61,443 bases of DNA from an uncultured virus (IMG/VR IMGVR_UViG_3300046513_000217) (lineage: Duplodnaviria > Heunggongvirae > Uroviricota > Caudoviricetes), in the IMG/VR virus record IMGVR_UViG_3300046513_000217. One strand, given 5' to 3'. Under the pieces are notes generated by a model. It did not search any database, was not told where the DNA came from, and saw nothing but the letters and a program-made list of their open reading frames with translations. Below, piece after piece: positions 1 to 9,795 of this stretch. Position 1 is the stretch's first letter. Every line of letters begins with the position of its first letter. Made by a program: the position numbers and the translations under genes.

Positions 1-9
1 GACCGATTA

Positions 10-35
10 AACCCCTGTTTTTGCAGGGGTTTTTT
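10..35 (+). terminator. Rho-independent terminator-like hairpin
   Basis: AACCCCTG-loop-CAGGGGTT followed by a T tract. Confidence 0.6.
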
Positions 36-259
36 CGTTTTCAGGAACGGATGTGGAACAAAAAAACATTTGCAATCCTGCGAAACCTATCGTATTCCGC
101 GTCGTTAGCATCCGAGCAAATGGTCAGGGTGCCGAGTCAATGAGTGCAAACAGTGTCGTTTTTCAGAACAATTTGAGTGTACGGAACAGCACACAACGCG
201 ATCCTTCAGTGGATCATTTACGAACTTGTTATGCGAACCATGGTATTGGAGGATCGCAA

Positions 260-979
260 ATGGCATTATCGGCATCGATGAAAAAAGCACAGACCCCGAA
301 GGAAATCGTGATCGAGTGGATCGACCACATCCTCGAACGCAAGAGGTGGACTGGCACCGATCTCGCTCGGCATTCCGAGTTGGCTCCCTCGACGATCCTG
401 CGGCTCCTCAACAATCCGAAGCATCAGTTCGTGCCGACTGTCGCGACGCTTCAGAAGATCGCGACCGGCTCGGGCTACCCCATCCCGAAGAAGGTCATGG
501 CTGCGCTCGGCGCTGATGCTGATGAGCTGCCGACCCCGCCCGGTGAGATGGATTCGGACAACATTCGGTCAGTCCGGACTGTTCGCATGCCACGGCAGGC
601 CACCGTTCAGCTGCGGCACATTTCGTCGCTGCCGGCCTCGCTGCAGTCCGCGGTGAGCGGAAACCGTGACTCGTACATCCCGGCTCCGCCTCAGCTTGAT
701 GGGGATGAGACTGCCTTCGCGTTCCACATGCCGGACAATACGTTCGACCCGTGGTTCAAGTCTGGCTCGCTGATGTTCGCCACCAAGCGTCGCGATCCAG
801 TGGCGGGTGACACCCTGCTGATCACGGATAAGGGGGAGCGGTCTCGCGTCCGCCTGCTGATGGACATCACGGAGAAGGGCCTGAAGCTCGCCAAAACCAT
901 CCCGGCAGTGGAAGACGAGGTTGTGTCCTTCGACGATATCAAGGACATCGCCATCGTCACCATCTTCATCAAGGCGTAA
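260..979 (+). CDS. CI/LexA-like transcriptional regulator (XRE HTH plus degenerate S24-like domain)
   Basis: WTGTDLARHSELAPSTILRL HTH; C-terminal AFAFHMPDNTFDPWFKSG...GD S24-like fold; GGAGG RBS before ATG 260. Confidence 0.75.
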   Translation: MALSASMKKAQTPKEIVIEWIDHILERKRWTGTDLARHSELAPSTILRLLNNPKHQFVPTVATLQKIATGSGYPIPKKVMAALGADADELPTPPGEMDSDNIRSVRTVRMPRQATVQLRHISSLPASLQSAVSGNRDSYIPAPPQLDGDETAFAFHMPDNTFDPWFKSGSLMFATKRRDPVAGDTLLITDKGERSRVRLLMDITEKGLKLAKTIPAVEDEVVSFDDIKDIAIVTIFIKA

Positions 980-981
980 TC

Positions 982-1013
982 TGATCTGTAAGTCAGCATT
1001 GACTTACAGGTCA
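982..1013. terminator. hairpin between convergent genes
   Basis: TGATCTGTAAGTCA-GCAT-TGACTTACAGGTCA inverted repeat. Confidence 0.55.
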
Positions 1014-1394
1014 CACGTCGAACAGCTTCTGGACGCGGGTCAACATCTCCCTGATCGTCTTCGGCGGCGACGTCATCACGTCGACATTGAAGTCTTCTTC
1101 GAGCTGAGCAAGTAGCTTCAGCCAGGCCTCAGCCTCCCGTACAGCTTCCAGGTCAACCTGCGGCTCCCACCGCAGCCGCTGGATATGGAGAGCTGTCTTC
1201 TGGATCTCGAAGTTGAGATAATCCAGGAACTCTCGCAGCTGAACCGTGACACGGTCGATCGCCGGTTCGATCACGAGCAGGGAGTCGCAGATCTCAGCCA
1301 TGATGCCAGGGATACGATCCTTGAACATCGGGTTGATTGGACGCACCACCTCAATGGGAGGTGGCGCAACGGTGTTGGCGCGTGTGCTCATCAC
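1011..1394 (-). CDS. hypothetical protein
   Basis: ORF start overlaps the stop of the upstream gene. Confidence 0.6.
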   Translation of the reverse strand: MMSTRANTVAPPPIEVVRPINPMFKDRIPGIMAEICDSLLVIEPAIDRVTVQLREFLDYLNFEIQKTALHIQRLRWEPQVDLEAVREAEAWLKLLAQLEEDFNVDVMTSPPKTIREMLTRVQKLFDV

Positions 1395-1678
1395 GTCTCC
1401 TTGTTGCGCAGTAGCTTCAGGCGCCCTTGGGTTTCGACCGCGCTGAAGTCAGCCTTGGTTGGCTTGAAGGGCTGCAGGCCCCGGTCGATCGCAGCCAAAG
1501 CCAGCGCCGTAGCTTTGGTGACCCCGCGGATTTCGTATTTGCCAACAGCTTGGGTCGTGAGACCGAGCCAGTCAGCCAGATCAGACTGGGTCAGATTTCG
1601 AGAAATCCGGAACGCCTTCACTTCCTCGCCTTTGAGGAATTTCTTCGATGCATTTCGACTGGGCGCCATGCTGGTCAT
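1391..1678 (-). CDS. XRE-family HTH protein (Cro-like)
   Basis: LTQSDLADWLGLTTQAVGKYEIRG HTH. Confidence 0.8.
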   Translation of the reverse strand: MTSMAPSRNASKKFLKGEEVKAFRISRNLTQSDLADWLGLTTQAVGKYEIRGVTKATALALAAIDRGLQPFKPTKADFSAVETQGRLKLLRNKET

Positions 1679-1743
1679 CTCTCAACGCTCTTTGGTGCAT
1701 TCGCGCATCTTGTTCGATCTAAAAGGGCCAGACAGGCCCTAAT

Positions 1744-2031
1744 TCACTCAATACACTTTGGAACGGGGCGACTGAAAACTCCGCAGGAGGGGCACCACTT
1801 CCGTGCGCTCCCCCAGTTTTTCAACTTCCTCTCGAAGGTTCTCGACGCTCCCGGGTAGAAGTGGGCGACGTGTACCTGACTGCCGGCCGCAACTGCAGCC
1901 TTCACCAGGGGTGATCCGCGCCCCGTCATGTGCTCGTGGAGTCTGCGCTCCGGCGAATCGTCCTTGCAAAAGCCGATGTAGTGCCCAGCGTGCTGATAGC
2001 TGGGATCGAAGTGCAGCAGATAGACACTCAT
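1744..2031 (-). CDS. small GIY-YIG nuclease-family protein
   Basis: VYLLHF...HYIG...RRLHEH...G...ERKLK. Confidence 0.75.
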   Translation of the reverse strand: MSVYLLHFDPSYQHAGHYIGFCKDDSPERRLHEHMTGRGSPLVKAAVAAGSQVHVAHFYPGASRTFERKLKNWGSARKWCPSCGVFSRPVPKCIE

Positions 2032-2228
2032 TTGATTTCACGCAACGCTGGTTGCGCAGATCGGACCGGAGCGGGCCGAATGCGCGCCATGCGCTTTTGC
2101 TTCCACTGATCCCTGACGACCAGCACCAGCTCAGACCTGGGCTTGGGCTCAGAGACACGATGCCACTTCGGACCAGGCGACGTGAAAGCCCAGACGACGA
2201 ACAGTGCGGGCATGGGCTTCGACTTCAT
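2028..2228 (-). CDS. hypothetical protein
   Basis: coupled small ORF (MKSKPMP). Confidence 0.5.
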   Translation of the reverse strand: MKSKPMPALFVVWAFTSPGPKWHRVSEPKPRSELVLVVRDQWKQKRMARIRPAPVRSAQPALREIK

Positions 2229-2521
2229 GATGTCTCCTTCGTTTTGATGAAGCTGCTGATCGGGCCGTCGCTCTCGTCGAACACGTTGACGATCCCGCGG
2301 CCCTCCAGCTCGTTGATGGGGATCCAGATCGTGAAGGCGAGCTTCTGCGGAGGCGCGAGCATCTCGATGCACTCGATCAGACCGTCAGATCCAACGGGCA
2401 GGGTGTGCTCGATGTCGTCGTGATCGCAGCCCGTGGTTTCTTCGAGCAGCGTCACGCGCTGCCCGACTTTGAAGCCGCTGGCCTCAGGCAGGCCATGCCG
2501 GTGGTCGAGCTGCTTATCCAT
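2225..2521 (-). CDS. hypothetical protein
   Basis: coupled ORF starting MDKQLDH. Confidence 0.55.
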   Translation of the reverse strand: MDKQLDHRHGLPEASGFKVGQRVTLLEETTGCDHDDIEHTLPVGSDGLIECIEMLAPPQKLAFTIWIPINELEGRGIVNVFDESDGPISSFIKTKETS

Positions 2522-2903
2522 AGACGATGTCCCCGAGCACGCAGGCCTGGAGAAAGACGTCAGCGGTTTCGGCGTCGCCGGTCTCCTTGACGATCTCCTC
2601 GATACGATCGAGGTGGTTGTCGGCGAGCCATTGCAGACCCTTCTGCAGAGATTCCGGCGTGAAGAAGAGCTTCGTGCCGTCCTCTGCATCAGCGACCTCG
2701 ATCCTGAAGTCGCCAGCCCAGATCGTCTCGTCGTCGTACCAGGGGCTGACCTTGGTTTTGATCTTCCTCCCGTCCGCCGGCTTGAAGCTGCCGCACCAGT
2801 AGCCGGAGCCGCCCTCGATCGCCGTGACGATCTGGTCGGTGATCTTGCGCCAGGTGAGCCCGTTGATCGTGAGCGGGATGACGCTGGTGATTGTCTCAGT
2901 CAT
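2514..2903 (-). CDS. hypothetical phage protein
   Basis: ORF with AIEGGSGYW and DAETADVFLQ...GDIVYG, a phage-like pattern. Confidence 0.7.
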   Translation of the reverse strand: MTETITSVIPLTINGLTWRKITDQIVTAIEGGSGYWCGSFKPADGRKIKTKVSPWYDDETIWAGDFRIEVADAEDGTKLFFTPESLQKGLQWLADNHLDRIEEIVKETGDAETADVFLQACVLGDIVYG

Positions 2904-2920
2904 TTCGATGTCTTCTCCTG

Positions 2921-3109
2921 TCAGGCGAAGTCGAGTTCGCCGTATCCGTCTTCTGTGAAGCGGTTCGAACGTCGGTACTCGCCGCCTCTTCGCGGTTCGC
3001 TGCGGTGCTCACCCCTGCTGGTGGTGAGGACTTCAGAGACGCTGGCTGCGTCGAAGTCCTCGTCGATCAGGTCGGTGTCCCAGGGGAACGTCTTCGGGGG
3101 ATTACGCAT
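2921..3109 (-). CDS. hypothetical protein
   Basis: small acidic ORF in operon. Confidence 0.45.
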   Translation of the reverse strand: MRNPPKTFPWDTDLIDEDFDAASVSEVLTTSRGEHRSEPRRGGEYRRSNRFTEDGYGELDFA

Positions 3110-3860
3110 GCTCAAGCTCCTTCGAACGCTCGAAGTGCTTTGAGCCAGCGCCATGAGCTATGATGGTGATGTCGGCCTTGGCAGCCGAGCGGGATCCGCC
3201 ACAGAGCAGGCACTGCGCGCATTGCGTCGCCTTGCCCATCTCCTTGCTGGCGGGGCAGTGACCTTCGCCGGTCAGCTTGGGATCGTCCTTGCCGCGGACG
3301 CGGAAGGTGCGAAAGCCAAGAGCCTTGGCTTCGGTGCGGTCGTCCTCGCTGTCACATGACGCCATGCAGAACGCAGACATCAGGGGGAACTGGCGCCACA
3401 TGTGGGTGTAGCCGGACAGATCGGTGACCAGGTCCAGGGCCTTCTCCCAGACCTTGAACGGGACGGCGCCAGGATCGCCATAGGCGCCCAGCCGGACGGT
3501 CCTGTGGGCGAGGAGCTTCCGTGCCTTGCTCAGCGGGACCTCGGGATAGAGACCGCGCTGGAAGGCGTCCCAGACGACCCTGGGGCCGTGCATCAGGGTG
3601 ACGTAGCAGGAGCGGCCGACGTTCTTCTTCTCGCCGTTCTGCTCGATGACCTGACCGCGGTGGATGCATGTTCCGCAGATCGACACGTCATCGCCGGTTT
3701 GGACGGCCAGCAGCGGGTTCATCCCGTCGCGCAGGATGTAGACCTGGACCATGTGGCCGGTCTTGGAGTTGGAGCCCCCGGTCAATAGGCCGGTGGCGAT
3801 GACGACGATCGGCTTTCCGTCGATCTCGGACGGTCCGCGGTAAAGAACGAAACCATTCAT
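3102..3860 (-). CDS. Cys-rich GP88-like (radical-SAM-related) phage protein
   Basis: NSKTG, CGTC...CY, RLGAYGDP, YTH, CPA...CAQCLLC motifs. Confidence 0.6.
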   Translation of the reverse strand: MNGFVLYRGPSEIDGKPIVVIATGLLTGGSNSKTGHMVQVYILRDGMNPLLAVQTGDDVSICGTCIHRGQVIEQNGEKKNVGRSCYVTLMHGPRVVWDAFQRGLYPEVPLSKARKLLAHRTVRLGAYGDPGAVPFKVWEKALDLVTDLSGYTHMWRQFPLMSAFCMASCDSEDDRTEAKALGFRTFRVRGKDDPKLTGEGHCPASKEMGKATQCAQCLLCGGSRSAAKADITIIAHGAGSKHFERSKELEHA

Positions 3861-3880
3861 GGGCCTCTCCTTGCTTGCAT

Positions 3881-4252
3881 TCATGCAACTCTCGGGACAA
3901 GCGCATCAAGCGGATGCGGCTCAGTGAGCGACAGCTCTATCTGGGCTCGCCGAAGTTGGTTGGTGACGATGCGGATTTGCTTGCGCTTCCGGGCCTTGAA
4001 GTCGCTGATCGCGTCTTCCTCGGTCTCCGAAAACTTCTTCTTGAATGCGGTGAGCAGCTGGAACTCACCGCACACCCAGGCGCCCTTAGGCGTCCGGCGA
4101 TCGACAGGATACCAACGCAGTTCCAGCCGAGGGTCGGTGACCCCGTACTGCTCGCGATCTGCATCGATGATGTAGGAGTAGCTCTGGGCCGTACATCGCC
4201 AGAGGGCATCGCGACCCTCTGGCGGCTTGCCGTGCGGATAGTGCAGCCTCAC
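3881..4252 (-). CDS. hypothetical phage protein
   Basis: ORF with V.RRTPKGAW motif. Confidence 0.6.
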   Translation of the reverse strand: MRLHYPHGKPPEGRDALWRCTAQSYSYIIDADREQYGVTDPRLELRWYPVDRRTPKGAWVCGEFQLLTAFKKKFSETEEDAISDFKARKRKQIRIVTNQLRRAQIELSLTEPHPLDALVPRVA

Positions 4253-4527
4253 GTCCGCGACCTCGGCATGTTCTTGGCGAAGTCGAGGGGGATGCCGTCC
4301 GTCAGTTCGATCGGCATGTAGTAGCCGGCGGCGTTCATCCGGTCGGTCATCACCTGCTTGTCGCCCATGGGGATGACCATCCCGTCAGAGAGGCTCGTCA
4401 GGCCGTAGGTGTTTGGGCCGCCCTTGTTCGGGGTGTACCCCATGATGTAGAACCCGGTGACGCCGCAATCGACCTTGCGAATGAGGCGCCCGGGCTCGAT
4501 GTCGATCGTTTGCCATTCGACCTTCAT
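4249..4527 (-). CDS. hypothetical protein
   Basis: coupled to the helicase stop. Confidence 0.55.
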   Translation of the reverse strand: MKVEWQTIDIEPGRLIRKVDCGVTGFYIMGYTPNKGGPNTYGLTSLSDGMVIPMGDKQVMTDRMNAAGYYMPIELTDGIPLDFAKNMPRSRT

Positions 4528-6110
4528 GCGGCCTTCTCCTTCGGCTGCTTCACGTTGTCGTTGACCGCCTTCTGCTTCGGCATCGGAGGCAGCAGGTCGA
4601 TCAGCTCGCCCATGGAGCGGGTGGCTGCGACGTATTGGAGGTTCTTCTCCTGCTCCAACTCCCAGTCCTGACTGGCGTATTTGGACGGGCAGGTGTTGAA
4701 CCGGTCGAGCCAGAAGACCCGCTTCCATTCACGACCCTTCGACCGATGGATTGTCGACAGCGTCAGGATGCCGGTTACGTTATCGGCGAAGATGTTGTCG
4801 ATGTAGGCGACGACGTCGGTGATCCTGTGAAGCTTGGCCTCGCGGCAGGCATCCATCACGACCTTGAGCGTCTCGACCTTGTCCTCGGCCTCTTGGACCT
4901 TGGCCATCTTCTTCTTCGGCAGCCACTTCGCCCGCTCCTTCTCCAACCACTCCTCGAGTTTTTCTTCGAGCGCGGAGATGTTGGATATGGACTTCCACCG
5001 GGTGGCCAGCTTCTTCAGCTGCTCACCGATGTCCCGGCCTTCGATCCGGCAGGGGATCTTGGCGCGGATCAGCGCGAATGCCGCGGTGACGAGCGGCCGG
5101 GTGTTGCGGCAGAGGATCGCCGAGTCGCCGTCGAGCGTGGCGGGCTGCTGCATCATGTTCTCGAAGGACTCGAGCCGGACCGTTCCCTCCGGCGCCGACT
5201 CGTGAGCCTGGATGTGGTTCACCCAGGATTGAGCCAGCTTGACCACCGACTTGGGGCACCGGTAGGTGACCGTGAGCGGCATCTCCTTGGCGCGAAAGTC
5301 CTGCTTGATGATCTCGATGCTGTCGTTGTCGGCGCCCGTGAAGCCGTAGATGGCCTGGTGGGGATCGCCGACCGCGAACAGCCGAGCGCGCGGCTTCATC
5401 AGGGACTTGGCGAGCAGTCGACGCACCGTGTTGGTGTCCTGCGCCTCGTCGATCCAGACGTTGTCGTATTGGAAGAACCGGATGCGGTAGATCAGGGGAA
5501 GGTAGATCATGTCGTCGAAGTCGATGATCTCCGGCTCGGAGTTCGACTCCTTCAGCACCTCGATCGACAAGTCGATCAGGGCGTCGGCCTTCTTCGTCAG
5601 CTCCTCGCTGTCGAACAGGTCGAAGTGCTCGACGATGTCTTCCCAGATGGAGGTGTCGTCGATGTGGCCGTAGCCCTCGATCCCGACGCCGCTCTGCTTG
5701 GCGAGCGAAACCAGATGACAGACGACGGAAGCGTGGAACGCCAGGTCAGAGCCGATCTTTCCGGACTCGATCCAGGTCTCCGTGATGTTGGCGACCTTCT
5801 CCTTGACCGTACGGACCTTGGGGAAAGCCTTGCGGTAGTTCCGAAAGCCGATCGAGTGGACGGTGGCAGCCTCGGCCTTCTTCCAGTCGATGCCGGCCTT
5901 CTGCAGCTTGCCCTTAATCTCCTCGGCGATCTTCTTGTTGAAGGACAAGATGATCGAGGAGCCGCGCATGCGCTCCACCGTCTTGATGATGGTGGTGGTC
6001 TTGCCGGCGCCGGCCACGGCGATCAGCACCAAGGAGCTGGTGCCGTTCCAGGCTTCGTGCTGGAACGCCGCCTGCTGCGGGGATGGAACCCAAATAGATG
6101 AAGCTTGCAT
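4524..6110 (-). CDS. UvrD/Rep-family SF1 DNA helicase
   Basis: AVAGAGKT Walker A, DFDDM, DEAQD, VGDPHQAIYGFTGA, TYRCP, TIHRSKGREW, YVAATRS. Confidence 0.92.
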   Translation of the reverse strand: MQASSIWVPSPQQAAFQHEAWNGTSSLVLIAVAGAGKTTTIIKTVERMRGSSIILSFNKKIAEEIKGKLQKAGIDWKKAEAATVHSIGFRNYRKAFPKVRTVKEKVANITETWIESGKIGSDLAFHASVVCHLVSLAKQSGVGIEGYGHIDDTSIWEDIVEHFDLFDSEELTKKADALIDLSIEVLKESNSEPEIIDFDDMIYLPLIYRIRFFQYDNVWIDEAQDTNTVRRLLAKSLMKPRARLFAVGDPHQAIYGFTGADNDSIEIIKQDFRAKEMPLTVTYRCPKSVVKLAQSWVNHIQAHESAPEGTVRLESFENMMQQPATLDGDSAILCRNTRPLVTAAFALIRAKIPCRIEGRDIGEQLKKLATRWKSISNISALEEKLEEWLEKERAKWLPKKKMAKVQEAEDKVETLKVVMDACREAKLHRITDVVAYIDNIFADNVTGILTLSTIHRSKGREWKRVFWLDRFNTCPSKYASQDWELEQEKNLQYVAATRSMGELIDLLPPMPKQKAVNDNVKQPKEKAA

Positions 6111-6152
6111 GGTCCTCGTCTCGATCTGTCTGAGTGACGGTTAGCATTGTGA

Positions 6153-6166
6153 TTGCATTCAAGCAA
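6153..6166 (-). promoter_or_regulatory. 14-bp element TTGCTTGAATGCAA
   Basis: exact copy upstream of the helicase. Confidence 0.7.
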
Positions 6167-6190
6167 ACAGAAAGTTGCAGAAAATGCAAA

Positions 6191-6568
6191 TCAAGCGGCG
6201 ATGGATGACGCCCGCGGAAAGTCCTGTTCCTGCTGACGGAGAGCCTTCAGCGCCTTGACGATGCGCTCAGCGCTGGCTTGGCTGCGCGGCGCCGTGACCA
6301 TCTCGCGGTCCTCGAACACCAGCCAGCAATTGTCGTAGGGGTCCTCGATCGCGAACACGTCGCCGTTCTCGCTGAAGAAGATCGACTTCACCTCGGGAGT
6401 GAGGTGGCCGTACTGCATCATCGTGTAGCAGTGCTTGTCGATCAGCTCCTTGGCGATCAGGTTGTTGATCGAATTGGCGTGGCCCTTGCGCAGATATAGG
6501 GTCTGGGCAGGGAAGGCCAGCACGCGAGCGACCATCCGCTCCTGCAGTTCAGTCAGGGTCTTGGGCAT
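6191..6568 (-). CDS. hypothetical protein
   Basis: ORF MPKTLTE...SSIAA. Confidence 0.55.
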   Translation of the reverse strand: MPKTLTELQERMVARVLAFPAQTLYLRKGHANSINNLIAKELIDKHCYTMMQYGHLTPEVKSIFFSENGDVFAIEDPYDNCWLVFEDREMVTAPRSQASAERIVKALKALRQQEQDFPRASSIAA

Positions 6569-6759
6569 CAGATGTCCTTTCCGTGCGTCATGACGACCTG
6601 GAACCGGGTCAACCAGTCGTCCAGGAAGCGTTGGTGGCTCTCGAAGGCGTAGGCGATGTTCGAAGCGGCGCTTTGCATCTGGTCGGCCGCAGAACTCATG
6701 GTGCTGGCGGCGGACCTGACATCGTCCGCGCCGATCAGTTGAACGTATCGCTCGCTCAT
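6568..6759 (-). CDS. hypothetical protein
   Basis: ORF MSERYVQ with GAGGA RBS. Confidence 0.55.
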   Translation of the reverse strand: MSERYVQLIGADDVRSAASTMSSAADQMQSAASNIAYAFESHQRFLDDWLTRFQVVMTHGKDI

Positions 6760-6816
6760 AATCCTCAATCCTTGATGCAAGCGGCCGGGCAGCGTGAACC
6801 ACCCGGCCAGATGCGA

Positions 6817-7227
6817 TTACAGCTCGGCGGCGAGCTTGCGGAGGTCGTCGAGCGACTTGCTGCCAACTTCCTCCAGCTCCTTGGCCGCGATCATCGCCAG
6901 GATCTGCTGCTTCTTGTCGCGGTTCGAGGCACTCTCGGCAGCCTTGGCGGCCTCGGCCTGCTTCGTCTCGACGATATGCTTGACGAGGTCGAACGCGAGC
7001 TGGTTCTCATTGTCAGCCTTGGTGGAGCTGGTGCTGAGCCAGGGCAGCTCGTCGGTGGCGGTGCTCTTGAGCCTGGCATTCAGCTCGCGAGCGATGGTGG
7101 TGAGGTCGGTGCCGTTCTTCGCCTTCGTGGAGATCGGAAGATCCCACACCTGCTCGACCGACAGAGCGCCGATCGGGGAGGGGAAGCGAAGCTTGAGGCG
7201 AGCGGCCTTTTCGAACAAATCTGACAT
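6817..7227 (-). CDS. conserved phage coiled-coil protein
   Basis: LFEKAARLKLRFPS..G.LSVEQVWDLP N-terminus, helical C-terminus. Confidence 0.75.
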   Translation of the reverse strand: MSDLFEKAARLKLRFPSPIGALSVEQVWDLPISTKAKNGTDLTTIARELNARLKSTATDELPWLSTSSTKADNENQLAFDLVKHIVETKQAEAAKAAESASNRDKKQQILAMIAAKELEEVGSKSLDDLRKLAAEL

Positions 7228-7240
7228 TGACGTCCTTTCC

Positions 7241-9307
7241 TTAGAAGATGACCTTGAGGGTCCGGTTGAAGTTGCCAGCCACCTTGACCACGAGTTCGGC
7301 ACGCTGCGTGCTGGAGAACCCGAGTCCGCTGACCTGGTCGGCCGATGCTTCGGCCTTCATCTTCGAGCCGACGAGATTGATGACCTTGCGGTGCGGTTCG
7401 AGATCCTGACGCAGGAACTCGTTGTAGAAACCGCGCGCATCGCCATCGTTCTGGCAACCGTCGATCATGAAGAAGTAGTGCTTGTTGCCAGCGCCCTGAT
7501 TGCCCCAGAAGTTCGGGGACAGCATCATGGTGTTGACCTTGTGGAAGTCCTGGGTGTCGAGACCCCAGACCTTCTTGGTGGACTGCGTGGACTGACGCGA
7601 GTTGAGCATCGTGAACTGGCCGTTCTTCAGCTCGACCTGGGCAATGGTGACCCATTCCTTCTGCTTGAGCGGAGCTTGGTGCTCGAACTGGTAGGTGTTG
7701 CCGCCAAACTCGATCTCGGCGCTGAAGCCGGAGTCGGTCGGACTGCGATGCGACCAGTTGTGGATCTTGAAGGTGTAAACACCCTCGGGCATCCGTTTCA
7801 GGTCCGGGAACGTGATGTTCTCGACCGGGACGTAACCCGCCGGAGCAGCATCGACGTAGTCGACATCCTGGATGCCACCCGAGATGTGGTCGTTACGCTG
7901 GTTCCAGCCGATGCGGCGGCCGGCGGGGTACCGGTCGTGGCAACCGTCCTTGTGCTCGCGGGTATCAGGCATGAACACATGCAGGTCCATCAGGCTGGCA
8001 TTGCGGCCGAGATGGTTCCACATGTGGGTGAACCGCAGGACCCCGTCCACGCGGCCACCGCGCTCCTGGACCTTCTGGCGCATCGACGAGTCCGCCATGT
8101 CGCCGTTGTAGGACCACGAGTAGTTGTTGTCCCACTTGAACAGCGGCTCTGCTGTCGGGTCGACCGGAGCGATCAGGCTGACCAGGTTGCCGATGTGCTG
8201 GCTCTCCAGCATGACCTCGACCGACTGCGCCTTCGGGATGACATCCGAGATGAACTTCTCGATGCCGATCTCCTCAACCTTGTCGAGCTTTCGAGCGGCC
8301 CTCTTGACCGGAAGCGTGTCGAACACGTCGCCGCCGATCGCGCTGCGAACCGAGTGGTCGGCGAACAGGATGTTGGCCGCCGAGATGTCCGTCAGCTTCG
8401 CATAGCGGCGCTCCAGGGCGGAGGTTAGACCCAGCTCCTGGACGGTCGCCTTGGCCTTCTTGACCATGGCCGGCGTCACCAGCGCGGTGGGGCGCTTGTA
8501 GTTCTCGGGCGCCATGATCGACTTCTCGAACTTCTTGACCGCGTCCTCGAGTTCCACGCCATCCGACAGGTCGATCAGCAGCGTGCCGATCCCGGTGTTT
8601 CGGATACGGGTGACAGATCCGGCCGTGACCTTGATCGTCGCCCAGATCCATGCGTCACGCTGCTCCTCGGGGAGTGCGTCGTAGATCGTCTTCAGGGAGC
8701 TGAACGTCTCGACCGCGAACTTGGACTCCTGACCGCGGTAGAGCGAGTTCTGAGCGATCAGCTCCAATACGGTGTCGACAGCGTCCGTCGTCAGCTCGGT
8801 GAGGCCGCGCTTGAAGACATCGTAGGTCGATCGGGTCTCGCTCAGGCGCGGGCCGATGCCGGCCTTCGCGACGACAACCTCCTTCGGCATCCGAACGTGG
8901 AAGTGCTCCCAAGTCTGGACCTTGCCGAGGACGTCCTCGAAATTCTTGTCGGTGCCGGCGGAGGTCTCGGACGTCAGGAACTCGTTCTCGATTGGCTTCG
9001 ACTTGACCAGCTCGGCCATCGCCGCGGCGACAGCGGCGTAGGTGGGATCGGCGATCTTGCCGTCCCAGATGGTGACGACCCGGTTGTTCATCACGGACAC
9101 GACATTGCCGACCGCGCGGACGAACTGGCGGCAGCAGCTGCAGTCGTGCTCCGTCCGCTCCCGATACACCGGGTTCTTGTCGGCAGGGAAGCTGACAAGA
9201 TAGGTGGCCCAGAGGTCATCCTTGTCGACGTCGGTGCAGAAGAGCTTGCCGGCGCTCATTGCCTTGAATTGCTTGGCGACGGCGTTCTTGAACAGACAGA
9301 AGTCCAT
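7241..9307 (-). CDS. large conserved phage protein (HDCSCC motif, DLH-type C-terminal beta domain)
   Basis: 688-aa ORF; RERTEHDCSCCRQF, LYRG.E, APENYKRP, FKW.N..SWSY, MDLHV, VENI, GNKHYFF. Confidence 0.8.
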   Translation of the reverse strand: MDFCLFKNAVAKQFKAMSAGKLFCTDVDKDDLWATYLVSFPADKNPVYRERTEHDCSCCRQFVRAVGNVVSVMNNRVVTIWDGKIADPTYAAVAAAMAELVKSKPIENEFLTSETSAGTDKNFEDVLGKVQTWEHFHVRMPKEVVVAKAGIGPRLSETRSTYDVFKRGLTELTTDAVDTVLELIAQNSLYRGQESKFAVETFSSLKTIYDALPEEQRDAWIWATIKVTAGSVTRIRNTGIGTLLIDLSDGVELEDAVKKFEKSIMAPENYKRPTALVTPAMVKKAKATVQELGLTSALERRYAKLTDISAANILFADHSVRSAIGGDVFDTLPVKRAARKLDKVEEIGIEKFISDVIPKAQSVEVMLESQHIGNLVSLIAPVDPTAEPLFKWDNNYSWSYNGDMADSSMRQKVQERGGRVDGVLRFTHMWNHLGRNASLMDLHVFMPDTREHKDGCHDRYPAGRRIGWNQRNDHISGGIQDVDYVDAAPAGYVPVENITFPDLKRMPEGVYTFKIHNWSHRSPTDSGFSAEIEFGGNTYQFEHQAPLKQKEWVTIAQVELKNGQFTMLNSRQSTQSTKKVWGLDTQDFHKVNTMMLSPNFWGNQGAGNKHYFFMIDGCQNDGDARGFYNEFLRQDLEPHRKVINLVGSKMKAEASADQVSGLGFSSTQRAELVVKVAGNFNRTLKVIF

Positions 9308-9313
9308 GGTGGC

Positions 9314-9778
9314 TTAATCCTTGATGATTTCTTTGATGGAGGTGTTGGCGACGAAGCCGAAGAAGCCTTCCTCGGACTCGACCATGATCGTCTTGTCGGT
9401 ATCCTCACGGTCGGAGTCGCCGACCACATAGATGCCGTCCGGAGCGTCCTCGTCTCCCTCGACGCGGACCTTGTCGCCGGGATTGACGACAAGAACCCGC
9501 ATCGCGTCGGGAGTGGCCGCGGCCTTATCGTGCCAGACCGAAGACAGCTGCTCGCCGTCCAGGAACAGGCCATCCTCACTGAGGACGGCCCGTCCATCGG
9601 TGGCATCGTTCACCGCCACGCGAACGTCCGTGAGGCGGACGATCTCATCTTCATCCTCACACCCGGCAGCGAGGCGAGTCTTCACCAGGTCGAAAGCCGG
9701 GTGATCCACCGCCAAGGTCCAGGGACGTCCCTTGGCGATGAAGAAGATTGACGTGTCGGTGATGACGCTGGCGATCAT
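9314..9778 (-). CDS. short rIIB-like protein
   Basis: directly downstream of rIIA; N-terminus ...DHPAFDLVK resembles rIIB N-terminal domains. Confidence 0.5.
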   Translation of the reverse strand: MIASVITDTSIFFIAKGRPWTLAVDHPAFDLVKTRLAAGCEDEDEIVRLTDVRVAVNDATDGRAVLSEDGLFLDGEQLSSVWHDKAAATPDAMRVLVVNPGDKVRVEGDEDAPDGIYVVGDSDREDTDKTIMVESEEGFFGFVANTSIKEIIKD

Positions 9779-9795
9779 GTTGCGCTCCGGTTGGC

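Noticed and set aside
53..259. N-terminal extension of the regulator
   Set aside because: AT-rich, regulatory-looking sequence; a good RBS precedes ATG 260
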